The notes beneath the pieces are model-generated. The model did not search any database. It worked only from the letters and a program-made list of their open reading frames with translations, and had not been told where the DNA came from. Made by a program: the position numbers and the translations under genes. From assembly GCA_027317865.1 (NCBI GenBank), contig DAHVQG010000009.1, positions 64,001 to 128,000 of the forward strand: 64,000 bases of DNA. Reading direction: 5' to 3'. Of this stretch, positions 1-9,714 are shown one piece after another. This DNA is from Bdellovibrionales bacterium. Its GTDB lineage: Bacteria; Bdellovibrionota; Bdellovibrionia; Bdellovibrionales; UBA1609. Each line of letters opens with the position of its first letter. Position 1 is the first letter of the stretch.

Positions 1-557
1 AGCGAGCAGTTTAAGTAGTTGGCCGATTGTACCAAACGCGCTCCATCAATATGAAATAATAAATTCTGTTCGCGCGTGAAAGCGCGAAGTTGGCGTAATT
101 CGTTAAGTGTGTAACAGGTGCCGTACTCGGTGCATTGAGTGATCGAGACCAGTCGGGGTTGCGCAAAATGCTGATCACCTTTACGTATGAGAAGCGCTTC
201 GATTTGGTCTGCGGTTATTTTGCCGTTATGGTTTTCGCTCGGCAACGTCAGTATTTTACAACCAATGGCGTTTTCGGGGGCTGCACATTCGTCGAGATGC
301 AAATGCGCGGTATCAGCGCAAATGACGGCTTCAAAACTCTCAACTAATGCGCGCAAGCAAAGCACATTGGCAGCTGTACCGTTAAACACAAAAAACGTTT
401 CAACGCTTTCACCGAACTGTTTTTTGAACTCATCGAGTGCTTTTGCAGTCAGTTCGTCAGTGCCATACGAAGGCGCATGACCTGAATTTGATTGCGCCAT
501 CGCTTGCCAGACGAGCGGGTGTACTCCTGAATGATTGTCACTTCCGAGACTTAACAT
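1..557 (-). CDS. ltaE: Low-specificity L-threonine aldolase (3' end truncated by window edge)
   Basis: Not in ORF track. Manual translation from ATG at 557 gives MLSLGSDNHSGVHP...SYGTD...FFVFNGTAANVL, the typical SDN and GTxAN motifs. Start overlaps the end of the upstream hutG-like gene. Confidence 0.85.
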   Translation of the reverse strand, partial: MLSLGSDNHSGVHPLVWQAMAQSNSGHAPSYGTDELTAKALDEFKKQFGESVETFFVFNGTAANVLCLRALVESFEAVICADTAHLHLDECAAPENAIGCKILTLPSENHNGKITADQIEALLIRKGDQHFAQPRLVSITQCTEYGTCYTLNELRQLRAFTREQNLLFHIDGARLVQSANYLNCS

Positions 558-1491
558 GGCGAGCTCCGTATAAAAATGTGTGAAACAAAATCGCCGCCAG
601 TTGCGAAGTTTTATTAGCGAAATCAAGTGGCGGCGAAACTTCGTAAATACCAAACACGCGAATATCCATCTTCGCGGCCATTTGTCTTAATACCGGCAAG
701 AATTCGTTCGGGTCCAGGCCCGTTGCGTAAGATGCACTTGCGCCGGGAGCAAACGCGGACGAAAACACATCGATATCGACGCTGAGATAGGTCGGGCGGC
801 GCATTTTCATGAACGGTGCTAAGGCTGCAGTTAGCCGGCCCTGTACTTTCGAGAGATCAAGGAGCGTGACCTTATGAAATTGTTCGGTCCAGCGACGGTG
901 CGCGAGACTGTTGCAGTGCGGTTGCAGTCCGATTTCGACAAAATCGAAATTTTGGTGAGCTGTGAGTAACTGGTAAAAACCTGATCCACTGTTGGGGCCG
1001 TCAGAGTCGGGTCGCACGTCAAGGTGCGCGTCGAAATTAATTACAAGCGGCCGCCGGCCCTGGTAAGAATTGAGAAAGGCGTTACCATCAGAAAACGCGT
1101 AATCGTGACCGCCACCCATGGCAAGAGCACGATGACCCGCCTGCAGAACACGAGCCACCGTGGAGCTGCCACGAACCTGACGTTCTCGTAAATCTCCAGC
1201 CAAATTGAGATTGCCGAGATCGAAAAACGCCGGTTGCTTATCGCTAGGTGGAGTCATTTTGTAAAGCGCAGTACGAATTGCGTCAGGGGCTTCGCGGGCA
1301 CCAAGGCGGCCAAAGTTGGCGCGAATGCCGTCGTCGTCCGGATAGCCGTACAGCACGAAACCCGGCTCCAGGCTTGGGATATCGGATTCGCAAATGACCT
1401 TCGCAATTTCGCCCAATCGCACATCGTTAGAGCGCGGTGATTTGTAAAACAGTGACGAATTGGGAGCGTTAAACGCCGTTGTTTGACTCAT
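538..1491 (-). CDS. hutG: Formimidoylglutamase (arginase family)
   Basis: GYPDDDGIRANFGRLGAREAP, GGGHD, DAHLD and SVDIDV metal-binding motifs. Confidence 0.8.
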   Translation of the reverse strand: MSQTTAFNAPNSSLFYKSPRSNDVRLGEIAKVICESDIPSLEPGFVLYGYPDDDGIRANFGRLGAREAPDAIRTALYKMTPPSDKQPAFFDLGNLNLAGDLRERQVRGSSTVARVLQAGHRALAMGGGHDYAFSDGNAFLNSYQGRRPLVINFDAHLDVRPDSDGPNSGSGFYQLLTAHQNFDFVEIGLQPHCNSLAHRRWTEQFHKVTLLDLSKVQGRLTAALAPFMKMRRPTYLSVDIDVFSSAFAPGASASYATGLDPNEFLPVLRQMAAKMDIRVFGIYEVSPPLDFANKTSQLAAILFHTFLYGARHVKSRK

Positions 1492-1534
1492 AGCCTCAGA
1501 TTGATAACATAGATTTAAAACAAGAGGTAACGAT

Positions 1535-2005
1535 TTGGCCCATTTACAATGTGCAGGGGTGGTCCCTGGACCACGTTTTGATGTTTACGAATACATGACC
1601 TCCCCCGCAAATCTTGCCGAACAGTTAAAAGGTCACGTTGAAGTCATTTGGCAAAACCCTGGAATTGATCTGAAAACAGGGTCTGAATTTGTTTTTTCAA
1701 TGTCTCGCTTCGGCGTGGAGCAACCCATACGATTTGCTGTTGATCGTATGATTTTGGGTAGTCAATTTACTTACCGTCAAATTAGCGGCGTTTATGCGCG
1801 ATTTATCCACACGATGAAGTTTGAAGAGCAAAATCCAAACGAGACCTTGGTCACGGATTGGGTCGACTACGATATGCCGTTTGGATTATTTGGCCGGTTG
1901 GCTGACGATTTTTTTGTCCATAAAGATCTTCGTAAATTACTTGAAGTTCGGTTCGACCGCGCTCGCGAGCATTTTGAGCAACGCAGTGCTAATGCCAGCG
2001 TTTAG
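1535..2005 (+). CDS. SRPBCC (START-like) family protein
   Basis: FTYRQISGVYARFIHTMKF...TLVTDWVDYDMPFGLFG pattern typical of SRPBCC ligand-binding proteins. Confidence 0.7.
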   Translation: MAHLQCAGVVPGPRFDVYEYMTSPANLAEQLKGHVEVIWQNPGIDLKTGSEFVFSMSRFGVEQPIRFAVDRMILGSQFTYRQISGVYARFIHTMKFEEQNPNETLVTDWVDYDMPFGLFGRLADDFFVHKDLRKLLEVRFDRAREHFEQRSANASV

Positions 2006-2042
2006 GCAAATCTAAATGAAAACGTCAAACCGCAAAAACGGA

Positions 2043-2990
2043 TTAAATTATACCCCGCTTTTTGAGAGCCTCTTGCAGGCCGCGCATGGCTTCGAGGTGC
2101 ACAAGGCCCATTTTGTCGATCAGCATTTTTTTTAGCGCTTCTTTGGGGGCGATATCTTCATACAACAAGTAATGATCAAAACTGTTGGCGGCAGAAACAA
2201 CCATAGACATCAAATCAAGATGGCGCTCGTTTTTGCCGCGAGGGCCGCTCCCATCAATGTTTTCTTCGTGCTCCGAAACGACAATCAATGTTGTCGGGTC
2301 GAAATGTGAGGCTTGATTGAGTCGTTCATAACCCGCCATCGCGTGCTCTCGATGCAGGTGCTGTTCCGCTTTAGTTAGCTTGTTTGCCGGAACTGAAAAA
2401 TTGATATTGTTGTACGTATGTTCGATATCATGCAGAAGCGCGCCGAGCACCATCGGCACTATTTTAAGCGCATGCGTTTCGGCAAGACCCATTTCAAATG
2501 ATATGGCTAGGGCAAGGGCGGCGACGGTAACTTCGTGATGAGAAACGCTAAAATCCGTATTTTTCAGATTTAAAAATATATTGAGAATTGCCGGTTCAAC
2601 TGCAAATAGCTTTACAAATTTTTCGGCATGTTTTTTGGCTGAGACAAACAGCGACATGTCGGTTGGCGACTCCATCAAATCTTCGGCGGTCGCCTGCAGC
2701 AGCCCATGAAGAATTTGTGTACGAACTTCGACGGGCTTTTGGCCCAAATTTTCAAATACGCGTGAGATGTTTTCGGCAATGTAAGCTTGATAAGCCGCTT
2801 CATCGCTTTTTTGAATATACATTCGCGCGAGTTTCTTGCCACGCAACCGTTCAAGCCGTTCACCTTCAAAACTGTCGCCTTCGCGACAAATCAAAATGTG
2901 CTTTCCGGCCACTTGAACATAGGCGTTGAATTTAATTCTGGCATCACCGCGCAAGGTACTCACTCGAATCGGTAGAAACTCGTCACTCAT
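2043..2990 (-). CDS. HD-GYP domain protein (degenerate GYP loop)
   Basis: LLHDIEH and HEENIDGSGPRG (Tyr of GYP absent). Start set at MSDEFLPIRV (2990) to avoid overlap with queG. Confidence 0.8.
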   Translation of the reverse strand: MSDEFLPIRVSTLRGDARIKFNAYVQVAGKHILICREGDSFEGERLERLRGKKLARMYIQKSDEAAYQAYIAENISRVFENLGQKPVEVRTQILHGLLQATAEDLMESPTDMSLFVSAKKHAEKFVKLFAVEPAILNIFLNLKNTDFSVSHHEVTVAALALAISFEMGLAETHALKIVPMVLGALLHDIEHTYNNINFSVPANKLTKAEQHLHREHAMAGYERLNQASHFDPTTLIVVSEHEENIDGSGPRGKNERHLDLMSMVVSAANSFDHYLLYEDIAPKEALKKMLIDKMGLVHLEAMRGLQEALKKRGII

Positions 2991-2994
2991 ACTA

Positions 2995-4047
2995 TCAGTC
3001 AATCTCATGGAGGGCCCATGACGCAAGTTCGCCTAGACGAGGGTCGGTGAGATAGCGTGAAATCTTGTCTTTTAATTCGCGAAGCCGTAAATTGCCTGCA
3101 ATCACAATTGCATTACGTTTAAGGCCAAAACCGCGTGCCCGAGACAGGGGAGTGTGCTCCAGCGCTCGTTCGAGCGACTTTGAGCTCGAATCCAAAATCC
3201 AACGCAATTCACCAATCAGTTCGTGAGTTGGCGACTCGTCTTTTGGGGTCTCGTCAATTGTCGGCGAAATGACTTTTTGATTCCACGGGCACACATCTTG
3301 GCAGATATCGCAGCCAAAGAAATGCGACCCGATCGATTTACGTAATTCCGGCGCAGGCACCGACTTCGATTCAATAGTCAGATAAGAGATGCATTTTCTT
3401 GCGTCAACCACGCGCGGTTCAACAATGGCTTGGGTCGGGCATGCGTCCATGCAACGTCGGCATCGGCCGCAACGGTCTGGAGCCGTTACGCCCGCAACGG
3501 GCAAGCGCAGCGAGGTGACAATCTCTCCGATAAGAAAGTAACTGCCTTTTCGTTCGTCGATGACACAACTGTTTTTGCCGACCCATCCTAAACCGGCGCG
3601 ATATGCGAGATCGCGTTCAAGAATCGGCTTCGAATCCGTGGCCACCGAAAATTCCTCATCGCGAAAACGTTGCTTGAGGGCGTGAGCGGCCTTATTTAAC
3701 TGGCCGGTCAGCCACACGTGGTAATCGTCAATCCGTGCATAACTCGCGATATTGAGATGTTGAAATTGATCGATCGCTTTGGCATCCCAACGTTCTGCCC
3801 AGGCGGCGGGTTTGTAAAATGCCGCGACAACAATTGCGGAGTGCGCGCTTAAAGCTTTTTTAATCGGCAGGTGTCGCTCTAAATAAGCCATGTCGCCATG
3901 AAACCCTCGTTTGAGCCACAATTCGTAATGGGTCATCGACAGGGCCGGTGTAAGCGGGGCCCATCCAAAATGATCAAAACCATGCTCCGCCATGATCGTG
4001 CGAAGAATAGGTTCGATCGGCTGTTCCTGTTCTTGTTCTTGTGACAT
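2995..4047 (-). CDS. queG: tRNA epoxyqueuosine reductase QueG
   Basis: IASYA..DYH, DSKPILERDLAYRAGLGWVGKN, CGRCRRCMDACPT, CISYLTIE, FGCDICQDVCPWN. Confidence 0.95.
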   Translation of the reverse strand: MSQEQEQEQPIEPILRTIMAEHGFDHFGWAPLTPALSMTHYELWLKRGFHGDMAYLERHLPIKKALSAHSAIVVAAFYKPAAWAERWDAKAIDQFQHLNIASYARIDDYHVWLTGQLNKAAHALKQRFRDEEFSVATDSKPILERDLAYRAGLGWVGKNSCVIDERKGSYFLIGEIVTSLRLPVAGVTAPDRCGRCRRCMDACPTQAIVEPRVVDARKCISYLTIESKSVPAPELRKSIGSHFFGCDICQDVCPWNQKVISPTIDETPKDESPTHELIGELRWILDSSSKSLERALEHTPLSRARGFGLKRNAIVIAGNLRLRELKDKISRYLTDPRLGELASWALHEID

Positions 4048-4073
4048 CACCGGCCTTTGAGTAAACTCAGTTT

Positions 4074-5369
4074 ATGTCATTGGCAACAAACGCGCCACTC
4101 CATGAGATCTTCGCTCAACATCCGCATTGGCAGCAAGTTCAGACTGTTGTACGGGCTCTTAGCGCAAAAGGTTTTACTGCTTACCTAGCGGGCGGAGCAG
4201 TTCGCGACGCGCTTTTGGGCGAACCCGTGCATGATTTTGATATTGTGACGAGCGCATTACCCGAAGACCTAGAAGAAATCATTAAGCGCGCAACAGGTAA
4301 ACACGCGCTCGACATTGGCAAACAGTTTGGAATAATGATGATACCGGTCGGCGACGGCAGGGAACGAATTGAAATGGCCACGTTTCGCTCTGATGGGGCA
4401 TACGTTGACGGACGGCATCCTCAATCGGTGACATTTGCAAGCGCAGAAGAAGACGCAAAACGGCGCGATTTTACTGTGAACGCCCTTTTTTATGATTTTC
4501 AAAAAGACCGAGTAATTGATTTTGTGCAAGGATTGAAAGATTTAAAAGGCGGCATTATTCGCGCCGTCGGTGAACCCCGCCGACGTTTTCAAGAAGATAA
4601 ATTACGCCTTTTACGCGCGGTTCGTTTTTCCGCCCAACTTGGATTTCAAATTGAGCCTGAAACATATCGCGCGATTCAAGCTCTAGCTGACGAGCTTCGC
4701 GTGGTTTCGCGCGAACGGATAACGGCCGAACTCGTGCGGCTGTCGCAGACTCGTAATGTGGCATCCGGTTTCGCGGCGCTTATCGACACCGGTTTGTTTC
4801 GAGTCATTTTTGAGCCGCTTAAATTCATTGAGGTGGAACAATATCGAAATCGATTTCTTCGCGCTCTTGCGCGCTTAAGCGGTATCGGGTCGCTTGAACT
4901 GATTTTGTCACTTATGTTTATCGTTGAAATTGAAGCGGCAAAGTCACATGGGCGAATCGCGCAGGTTACCGATAAGGTATTGCAGAGTTTGTCGTTGTCT
5001 CGAGCCAGTTACCACTACATTCATTTTTTAGTAAACGGGGCCAAAAGCCTTCGCGAAGATCCTGAAGCGGCGCTTATGTGTCTTGATACCGAAGAGGGTC
5101 CGTTATTGTCTGAACTGGGCTTCGCACTCGAGTCGATTGGGTTGTTACCGCACCATCGCGTGGGGCAGATATTGGAACAGTATCTAAAACTGGCGGGTAA
5201 TTTGGGACGTTTACCTGCTCCTTTTGTAAACGGAAACGATTTAAAAGATTTAGGTGTAGCTGCTGGCCCGAAAATTGGTGAAATACTTGCGGTTCTCTAC
5301 AAGAAACAGTTGCGCGGTGAAATTGTCGACCGCGGCGAAGCATTGCAAATGGCAAGACAAATACTTTAA
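4074..5369 (+). CDS. cca: CCA tRNA nucleotidyltransferase
   Basis: GGAVRD, DFDIVT, RRDFTVNA, EDKLRLLRAVRF, VSRERI. Confidence 0.9.
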   Translation: MSLATNAPLHEIFAQHPHWQQVQTVVRALSAKGFTAYLAGGAVRDALLGEPVHDFDIVTSALPEDLEEIIKRATGKHALDIGKQFGIMMIPVGDGRERIEMATFRSDGAYVDGRHPQSVTFASAEEDAKRRDFTVNALFYDFQKDRVIDFVQGLKDLKGGIIRAVGEPRRRFQEDKLRLLRAVRFSAQLGFQIEPETYRAIQALADELRVVSRERITAELVRLSQTRNVASGFAALIDTGLFRVIFEPLKFIEVEQYRNRFLRALARLSGIGSLELILSLMFIVEIEAAKSHGRIAQVTDKVLQSLSLSRASYHYIHFLVNGAKSLREDPEAALMCLDTEEGPLLSELGFALESIGLLPHHRVGQILEQYLKLAGNLGRLPAPFVNGNDLKDLGVAAGPKIGEILAVLYKKQLRGEIVDRGEALQMARQIL

Positions 5370-6739
5370 TTGAGCCTGCGTTTATTCCCCAATTTAGTCG
5401 ACGGTTCGTCAGGGAGCGCAATTCTTGTGCTTGAAGATTGCAACCGCTTCACAAGTGGCGCTTGTTCGTCACGAGCCCTTACCCCTTGAGTGATGTGCGA
5501 GAGTACGCCGTCCGGAGAAACTAAATAAAACTGAAAGTCGCCGAGGGCGATGGACCCTTGTAAGCCTACCAGATACGGGTAAGCGTCCGTTTCTGCGTTC
5601 AGTGGTGTTTGATAGATCGTGCCTAATTTTTTGCCGTCGACCGGATCCCAAACGTCTACAGACCAAACCGGCACAGTTTGAGAGTTCGCGCGGTCAATGT
5701 GTTCGTCAATTCCTAGAGTAAGCAGTAGCCCGTCCCGCTTGCTCCAAGCGACGCGACGCCATTGATCTCCGGGTTGGCCAATTTGAACTGCTTTTTGTGT
5801 CAACAAATTATAAACAATCGTCGTTTCTGGCGAGCTCAAAGCGATTTGAGAATCGTCACTATTCCAGTCCATACCGTAAAGTGACCGGCCAACGTCGACA
5901 CTCCCATATGTTTTGCCGTCAAAATCATAAAACGTGAGACGAGAGCCTTGGCGAATGTAAAAACGCGAACCAAGGTCGCTGATGATGATTTTGTCGACCG
6001 GCTCTTCGTTCGGCTGTAGGTGAGCGATTACGTTTCGTTGACCCTCGTCATTGAAAACAACGAGATCATTACCATCTGCGGCGACGATACGCCCTCGTGT
6101 TTTATCGATTGCGGCCGCCTGAAATTTTGTTTGTGCGAGAAGGTCATGGGTTAACATCGCGGGGTCACCCACTGATTTTGGGAGCGTATAAATTTGAATT
6201 TGTTTCGGAAGAACCACGGCAACTTGATCATGTGGCATAAAGTCGGCATTTAAAATTCCGGAAACACCGGTCGGGAGTTGTACGTCGTGACCCAGGCTTA
6301 CTAATACTGCGGCACTTTTTTTCGTAAAAACAACCGCGCGTTTTTTAGATTTAGTCTTATACAGCGGCACAATGTCAGGTCTCAGTCCGACAATTTCGGA
6401 GTACAACGTGAAAGGGTTATAGAAATTCATCGCTTTCTGCCCAATTGACATTTGTTTTACTGGAGAAAACGTGACAACGGTGCCCTTTGAGGTTGACATG
6501 ATGAGGCTGCCTCGTGAAGGCTCGTCAAAACTTTTGATAGCGATGATTGATCCTAGATCCGAAAACATCGTGTAATCGTACGAATCGTGAAAAGAAGTCA
6601 TATTCAGCATTTGTTTTGCGGTTTCGCGCGGTGAGCCTGCCAATTCGATCGCGCATTCGTTATCGGCCTTCGCTATCGATGGCAAAACAGATAGAGCTGC
6701 GATTAGCGTGCAAAAGATTATAATTGAATGTCTAGTCAT
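5366..6739 (-). CDS. Secreted hypothetical protein, probable beta-propeller (WD40-like)
   Basis: Signal peptide followed by repeats such as GMDWNSDDSQIAL, VAWSKRDGLLLT, VDVWD. Confidence 0.55.
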   Translation of the reverse strand: MTRHSIIIFCTLIAALSVLPSIAKADNECAIELAGSPRETAKQMLNMTSFHDSYDYTMFSDLGSIIAIKSFDEPSRGSLIMSTSKGTVVTFSPVKQMSIGQKAMNFYNPFTLYSEIVGLRPDIVPLYKTKSKKRAVVFTKKSAAVLVSLGHDVQLPTGVSGILNADFMPHDQVAVVLPKQIQIYTLPKSVGDPAMLTHDLLAQTKFQAAAIDKTRGRIVAADGNDLVVFNDEGQRNVIAHLQPNEEPVDKIIISDLGSRFYIRQGSRLTFYDFDGKTYGSVDVGRSLYGMDWNSDDSQIALSSPETTIVYNLLTQKAVQIGQPGDQWRRVAWSKRDGLLLTLGIDEHIDRANSQTVPVWSVDVWDPVDGKKLGTIYQTPLNAETDAYPYLVGLQGSIALGDFQFYLVSPDGVLSHITQGVRARDEQAPLVKRLQSSSTRIALPDEPSTKLGNKRRLN

Positions 6740-6930
6740 CGGTCCCCACCTTGACGGGTAAATGCAAACGTGTCGGCGTTGCGCAAATAAAATAAATAAA
6801 ATGGCGGGGTTTTACCAAAATAACAGTGAAGGAATGAGCGTCTTTGGTAAATTTTATTTTATTTTGAGCTCATGAGCCGTTGGCCAAATAACGGCAGCTA
6901 ATGGATCCGATACTCGGTGCTAATGCAAAA

Positions 6931-7158
6931 TCAGTTTTTGCGTTCGCTGGTTTTCGAGCTATTTGCAACTTTGGCGTTGGGCGCAGTGGCGGAAGTTGCT
7001 TTCATTCCGGTATGGTTACGCCAATTGTATTCGGCGCCTTGTTGATAGCGAGCGTTCCAGAGGTCCCATTTCTCTTTGGGCAATTCGTGGTGAACGCGGC
7101 CCTTCTCGTCAAAAATTTTCGGACTTTTACCAAATAGAAAATCCAAAATCATGCTCAT
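6931..7158 (-). CDS. Small hypothetical protein
   Basis: MSMILDFLFGKSPKIFDEKGRVHH...YNWRNH; protein-like composition, co-oriented directly after 7172..7465. Confidence 0.55.
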   Translation of the reverse strand: MSMILDFLFGKSPKIFDEKGRVHHELPKEKWDLWNARYQQGAEYNWRNHTGMKATSATAPNAKVANSSKTSERKN

Positions 7159-7171
7159 GCGCACATATTCG

Positions 7172-7465
7172 CTATTTATTGATGCAGGCGTCAATCATAT
7201 AATCAGCAATATTCGGATCGGGAGTCATGCCATTGTGGCCTTCTTCGTAAACCTCAACAAGATGCTGTATGCACTGAGTGCGTGCGTCTGAAGCCGCCGC
7301 GATTCTTGTGGGGCCGTGACCAACATATTGGCCATAACCGTCACGAATTGTGTAGGTCTGGGAACCTGAATTTTGAACCTGTTGATAGCTTCCATTAGCG
7401 GTGTTCATCATGGCCCATGCGTTAAGACCGATCATCAAAGATCCAACTAAAATTAAGGTTTTCAT
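7172..7465 (-). CDS. Small secreted hypothetical protein
   Basis: Signal peptide MKTLILVGSLMIGLNAWA, GGAGG RBS, two Cys. Confidence 0.7.
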   Translation of the reverse strand: MKTLILVGSLMIGLNAWAMMNTANGSYQQVQNSGSQTYTIRDGYGQYVGHGPTRIAAASDARTQCIQHLVEVYEEGHNGMTPDPNIADYMIDACINK

Positions 7466-7496
7466 ATTCGATTCCCTCCGTTACTGAATCTAAATG

Positions 7497-7511
7497 GCAA
7501 ATGAAGTGCCA
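7497..7511 (-). promoter_or_regulatory. Sigma54 (-24/-12) promoter
   Basis: Minus strand TGGCAC-TTCAT-TTGC (GG-N10-GC), ~30 nt upstream of 7465. Confidence 0.65.
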
Positions 7512-7684
7512 GGTGAAAAATCGGAACTAAGCCCCTAGAATTAATGCAAAAACTGGTGGTTTTACGAAAATAAAAAAGGACCCTTTAATTGCTTTTAATG
7601 CGCTTTTTTGGCACTGAACTGTTGAAAAATTAGACAACTTAATTTAGAGCTTCGAGCGTACAGTTGTACGGTAGGAGTGAGATT

Positions 7685-8098
7685 ATGTTTATCGTTCATA
7701 TTTTAACAACATTCTTTTTGAGTCTGAGCCCGACGGCTTCAGCGCAAGTCCGATGGTTTCCGCGAATTCCATTGCGCCCGGGGCCGGTATTTGTTGTTCC
7801 CCCATATAGTCCGGGCTACGTTGCGCCTGGCTGGAATCCTGGTTGGGCTTGGAGTCCTTGGGTAAGACCGCCAGTTTGGTATACGCCTTATTGGCAAGCG
7901 CCGGCATGGAGTTGGATGCCGGGAATTGCTCCCGGGGTGTGGCAGTGTGTGGCTTTTGCGGCAAATGGAGCCTCATTTTTCGGGACGTCCAATTTTTCGG
8001 TAAATCAGGCCGCATACAACGCGCTTTGGACGTGTGGTCAATACACCTGGAATGACGGCTGCTATGTACCGCCGTATTCTTGCCGGCTGTATCCATAA
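7685..8098 (+). CDS. Secreted Pro/Trp-rich hypothetical protein
   Basis: AGGAG RBS, signal peptide, P/W/Y-rich tract, C-terminal 4-Cys domain. Confidence 0.65.
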   Translation: MFIVHILTTFFLSLSPTASAQVRWFPRIPLRPGPVFVVPPYSPGYVAPGWNPGWAWSPWVRPPVWYTPYWQAPAWSWMPGIAPGVWQCVAFAANGASFFGTSNFSVNQAAYNALWTCGQYTWNDGCYVPPYSCRLYP

Positions 8099-8154
8099 AT
8101 TGCCGTGCAATCGCAATCGTGATCATTAGACAGAGGCGTGATAATATCGCGCAC

Positions 8155-8589
8155 ATGAATACTATGGGCGCAATGGATTCGCGGCAATCGGCAATTATCG
8201 ATGATTTCTCGCAATTAAATACTTGGGAAGACCGCTATCGGCACATAATCGAAATGGGAAAGCAACTGCCGCCGATGTCTGAGGCGGACAAGATCGAGGA
8301 TTTGAAGGTTCGCGGTTGTCAGGCGCAAGTTTGGCTTAAAGCCGAATTGCACGCTGATAAAACCATTCATTTTATTGCGGATAGTGATGCTCTAATTGTT
8401 AAAGGGCTCATTGCAATACTTTTAAAAATTTATTCGGACCGTACGGCGCAAGAAATTTTATCAACCGAGCCACAATTTATTTCGGCATTGGGTTTAGCTC
8501 AACACTTATCGCCCAGTCGCGCCAACGGACTTGTGGCGATGATTAAACAGATCAAATATTATGCGCTTGGGTATCAAGCGATGAATTGA
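8155..8589 (+). CDS. sufE: SufE family Fe-S metabolism protein
   Basis: WEDRYRHIIEMG, VRGCQAQVW, ADSDALIVKGL, LSPSRANG. Confidence 0.92.
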   Translation: MNTMGAMDSRQSAIIDDFSQLNTWEDRYRHIIEMGKQLPPMSEADKIEDLKVRGCQAQVWLKAELHADKTIHFIADSDALIVKGLIAILLKIYSDRTAQEILSTEPQFISALGLAQHLSPSRANGLVAMIKQIKYYALGYQAMN

Positions 8590-8628
8590 ACCCGCCCAAA
8601 TCCGTTTTTGTGGCAATGTTCAATATAG

Positions 8629-9336
8629 TTAGTTTTTTACAGTTGCGAAAATTCGATGGGAATCGTCAAATTCCTCTATCTCTTGCAAAAGCTCATGTAT
8701 TTCTTGAATCTGCGTCTCGTTGAGATCGCTGACGTTTTTGGGTAAATAAGAACGCTCGGCTGCCTCGACCGACCAACCGCGACTCATTAGCCCAGTACGA
8801 ATAGAGTCAAGGTCGGTGGGTGCTCCATAAAATGAATAACTACCGTTTTCGTTTTTTTCAACCGAGTTTGCATTCACTTCAATTGCTTCTTCTTCAGCAT
8901 CTCGAATATCATTTTTATTACCGGTCACAACAGCGACACGTTCAAACATCCACGACGAAGATCCGGATTCGCCCAAGCTACCGTTGTGACGCTTAAAAAT
9001 ATTGCGAAGTTCGCCGACGGTCCTGTTTTTATTGTCGGTTTGGCATTCGATGATTACCCCAACGCCATACGGTGCCGTCCCTTCGTAAGTGACCTCTTCG
9101 ATTTGTGTACCGTCATCCAAAAGGCCCGCACCTTTTTTTATTGCTCGCTCTATTGTTTCTTTAGGGCACGAGACGGCGCGTGCCGCGGCGATAGCCAGTT
9201 TTAAGCGGGAATTGCCTTCGGGATCGGGCCCGCCGATTTTTGCTGCGACCTGAACTTCACGCGCAACCTTGGTGAAAATTTGGCCGCGCTTTTGAGCCGC
9301 TGCGGCCTTGATCGGCGTTTTCCATTCTTTGCCCAT
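8629..9336 (-). CDS. yebC: YebC/PmpR family protein
   Basis: KRGQIFTK, GGPDPEGNSRL, TIERAIKK, YEG, TDNKNRT. Confidence 0.92.
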   Translation of the reverse strand: MGKEWKTPIKAAAAQKRGQIFTKVAREVQVAAKIGGPDPEGNSRLKLAIAAARAVSCPKETIERAIKKGAGLLDDGTQIEEVTYEGTAPYGVGVIIECQTDNKNRTVGELRNIFKRHNGSLGESGSSSWMFERVAVVTGNKNDIRDAEEEAIEVNANSVEKNENGSYSFYGAPTDLDSIRTGLMSRGWSVEAAERSYLPKNVSDLNETQIQEIHELLQEIEEFDDSHRIFATVKN

Positions 9337-9426
9337 GCTTCGCACGTCAGCTGAACTTTAGCTGGCGCCTCCTCGTGTAAATTTAATAGCCGGGTTCACG
9401 AGGTTTCGTCAATGTTGGGATGTGAT

Positions 9427-9651
9427 TTATGCGGCGGCTTTTTTGCGAAGCCAGTGTTGGTGTTTTTTATCGAAATCGGACGGACGTTCGCCGCGCTTAT
9501 TAATTAGGCCCTCTTTGTACCATTCAAAGTGTTCATCACAAAAATGCATGCGTGTAATTTTCTTTTTGCAGCCTTCGGCCATACAGCTTTCTGAAGTTTG
9601 AACGACGCGCGGTTGAGAGTTGGATTGGGGGGCATTGTTATCTTTTGCCAT
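9427..9651 (-). CDS. Small CxxxxC...CxxH zinc-binding hypothetical protein
   Basis: CMAEGC...FCDEH; GAGG RBS and sigma28-type promoter upstream. Confidence 0.7.
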   Translation of the reverse strand: MAKDNNAPQSNSQPRVVQTSESCMAEGCKKKITRMHFCDEHFEWYKEGLINKRGERPSDFDKKHQHWLRKKAAA

Positions 9652-9673
9652 AGGGTTACCTCGCTTTTATAGA

Positions 9674-9700
9674 CTATCGGCGGTTTACCCTGCGAGTTTA
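9674..9700 (-). promoter_or_regulatory. Sigma28 (FliA) promoter
   Basis: Minus strand TAAA-N15-GCCGATAG, near consensus. Confidence 0.7.
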
Positions 9701-9714
9701 AGTGCTTCTGGACC

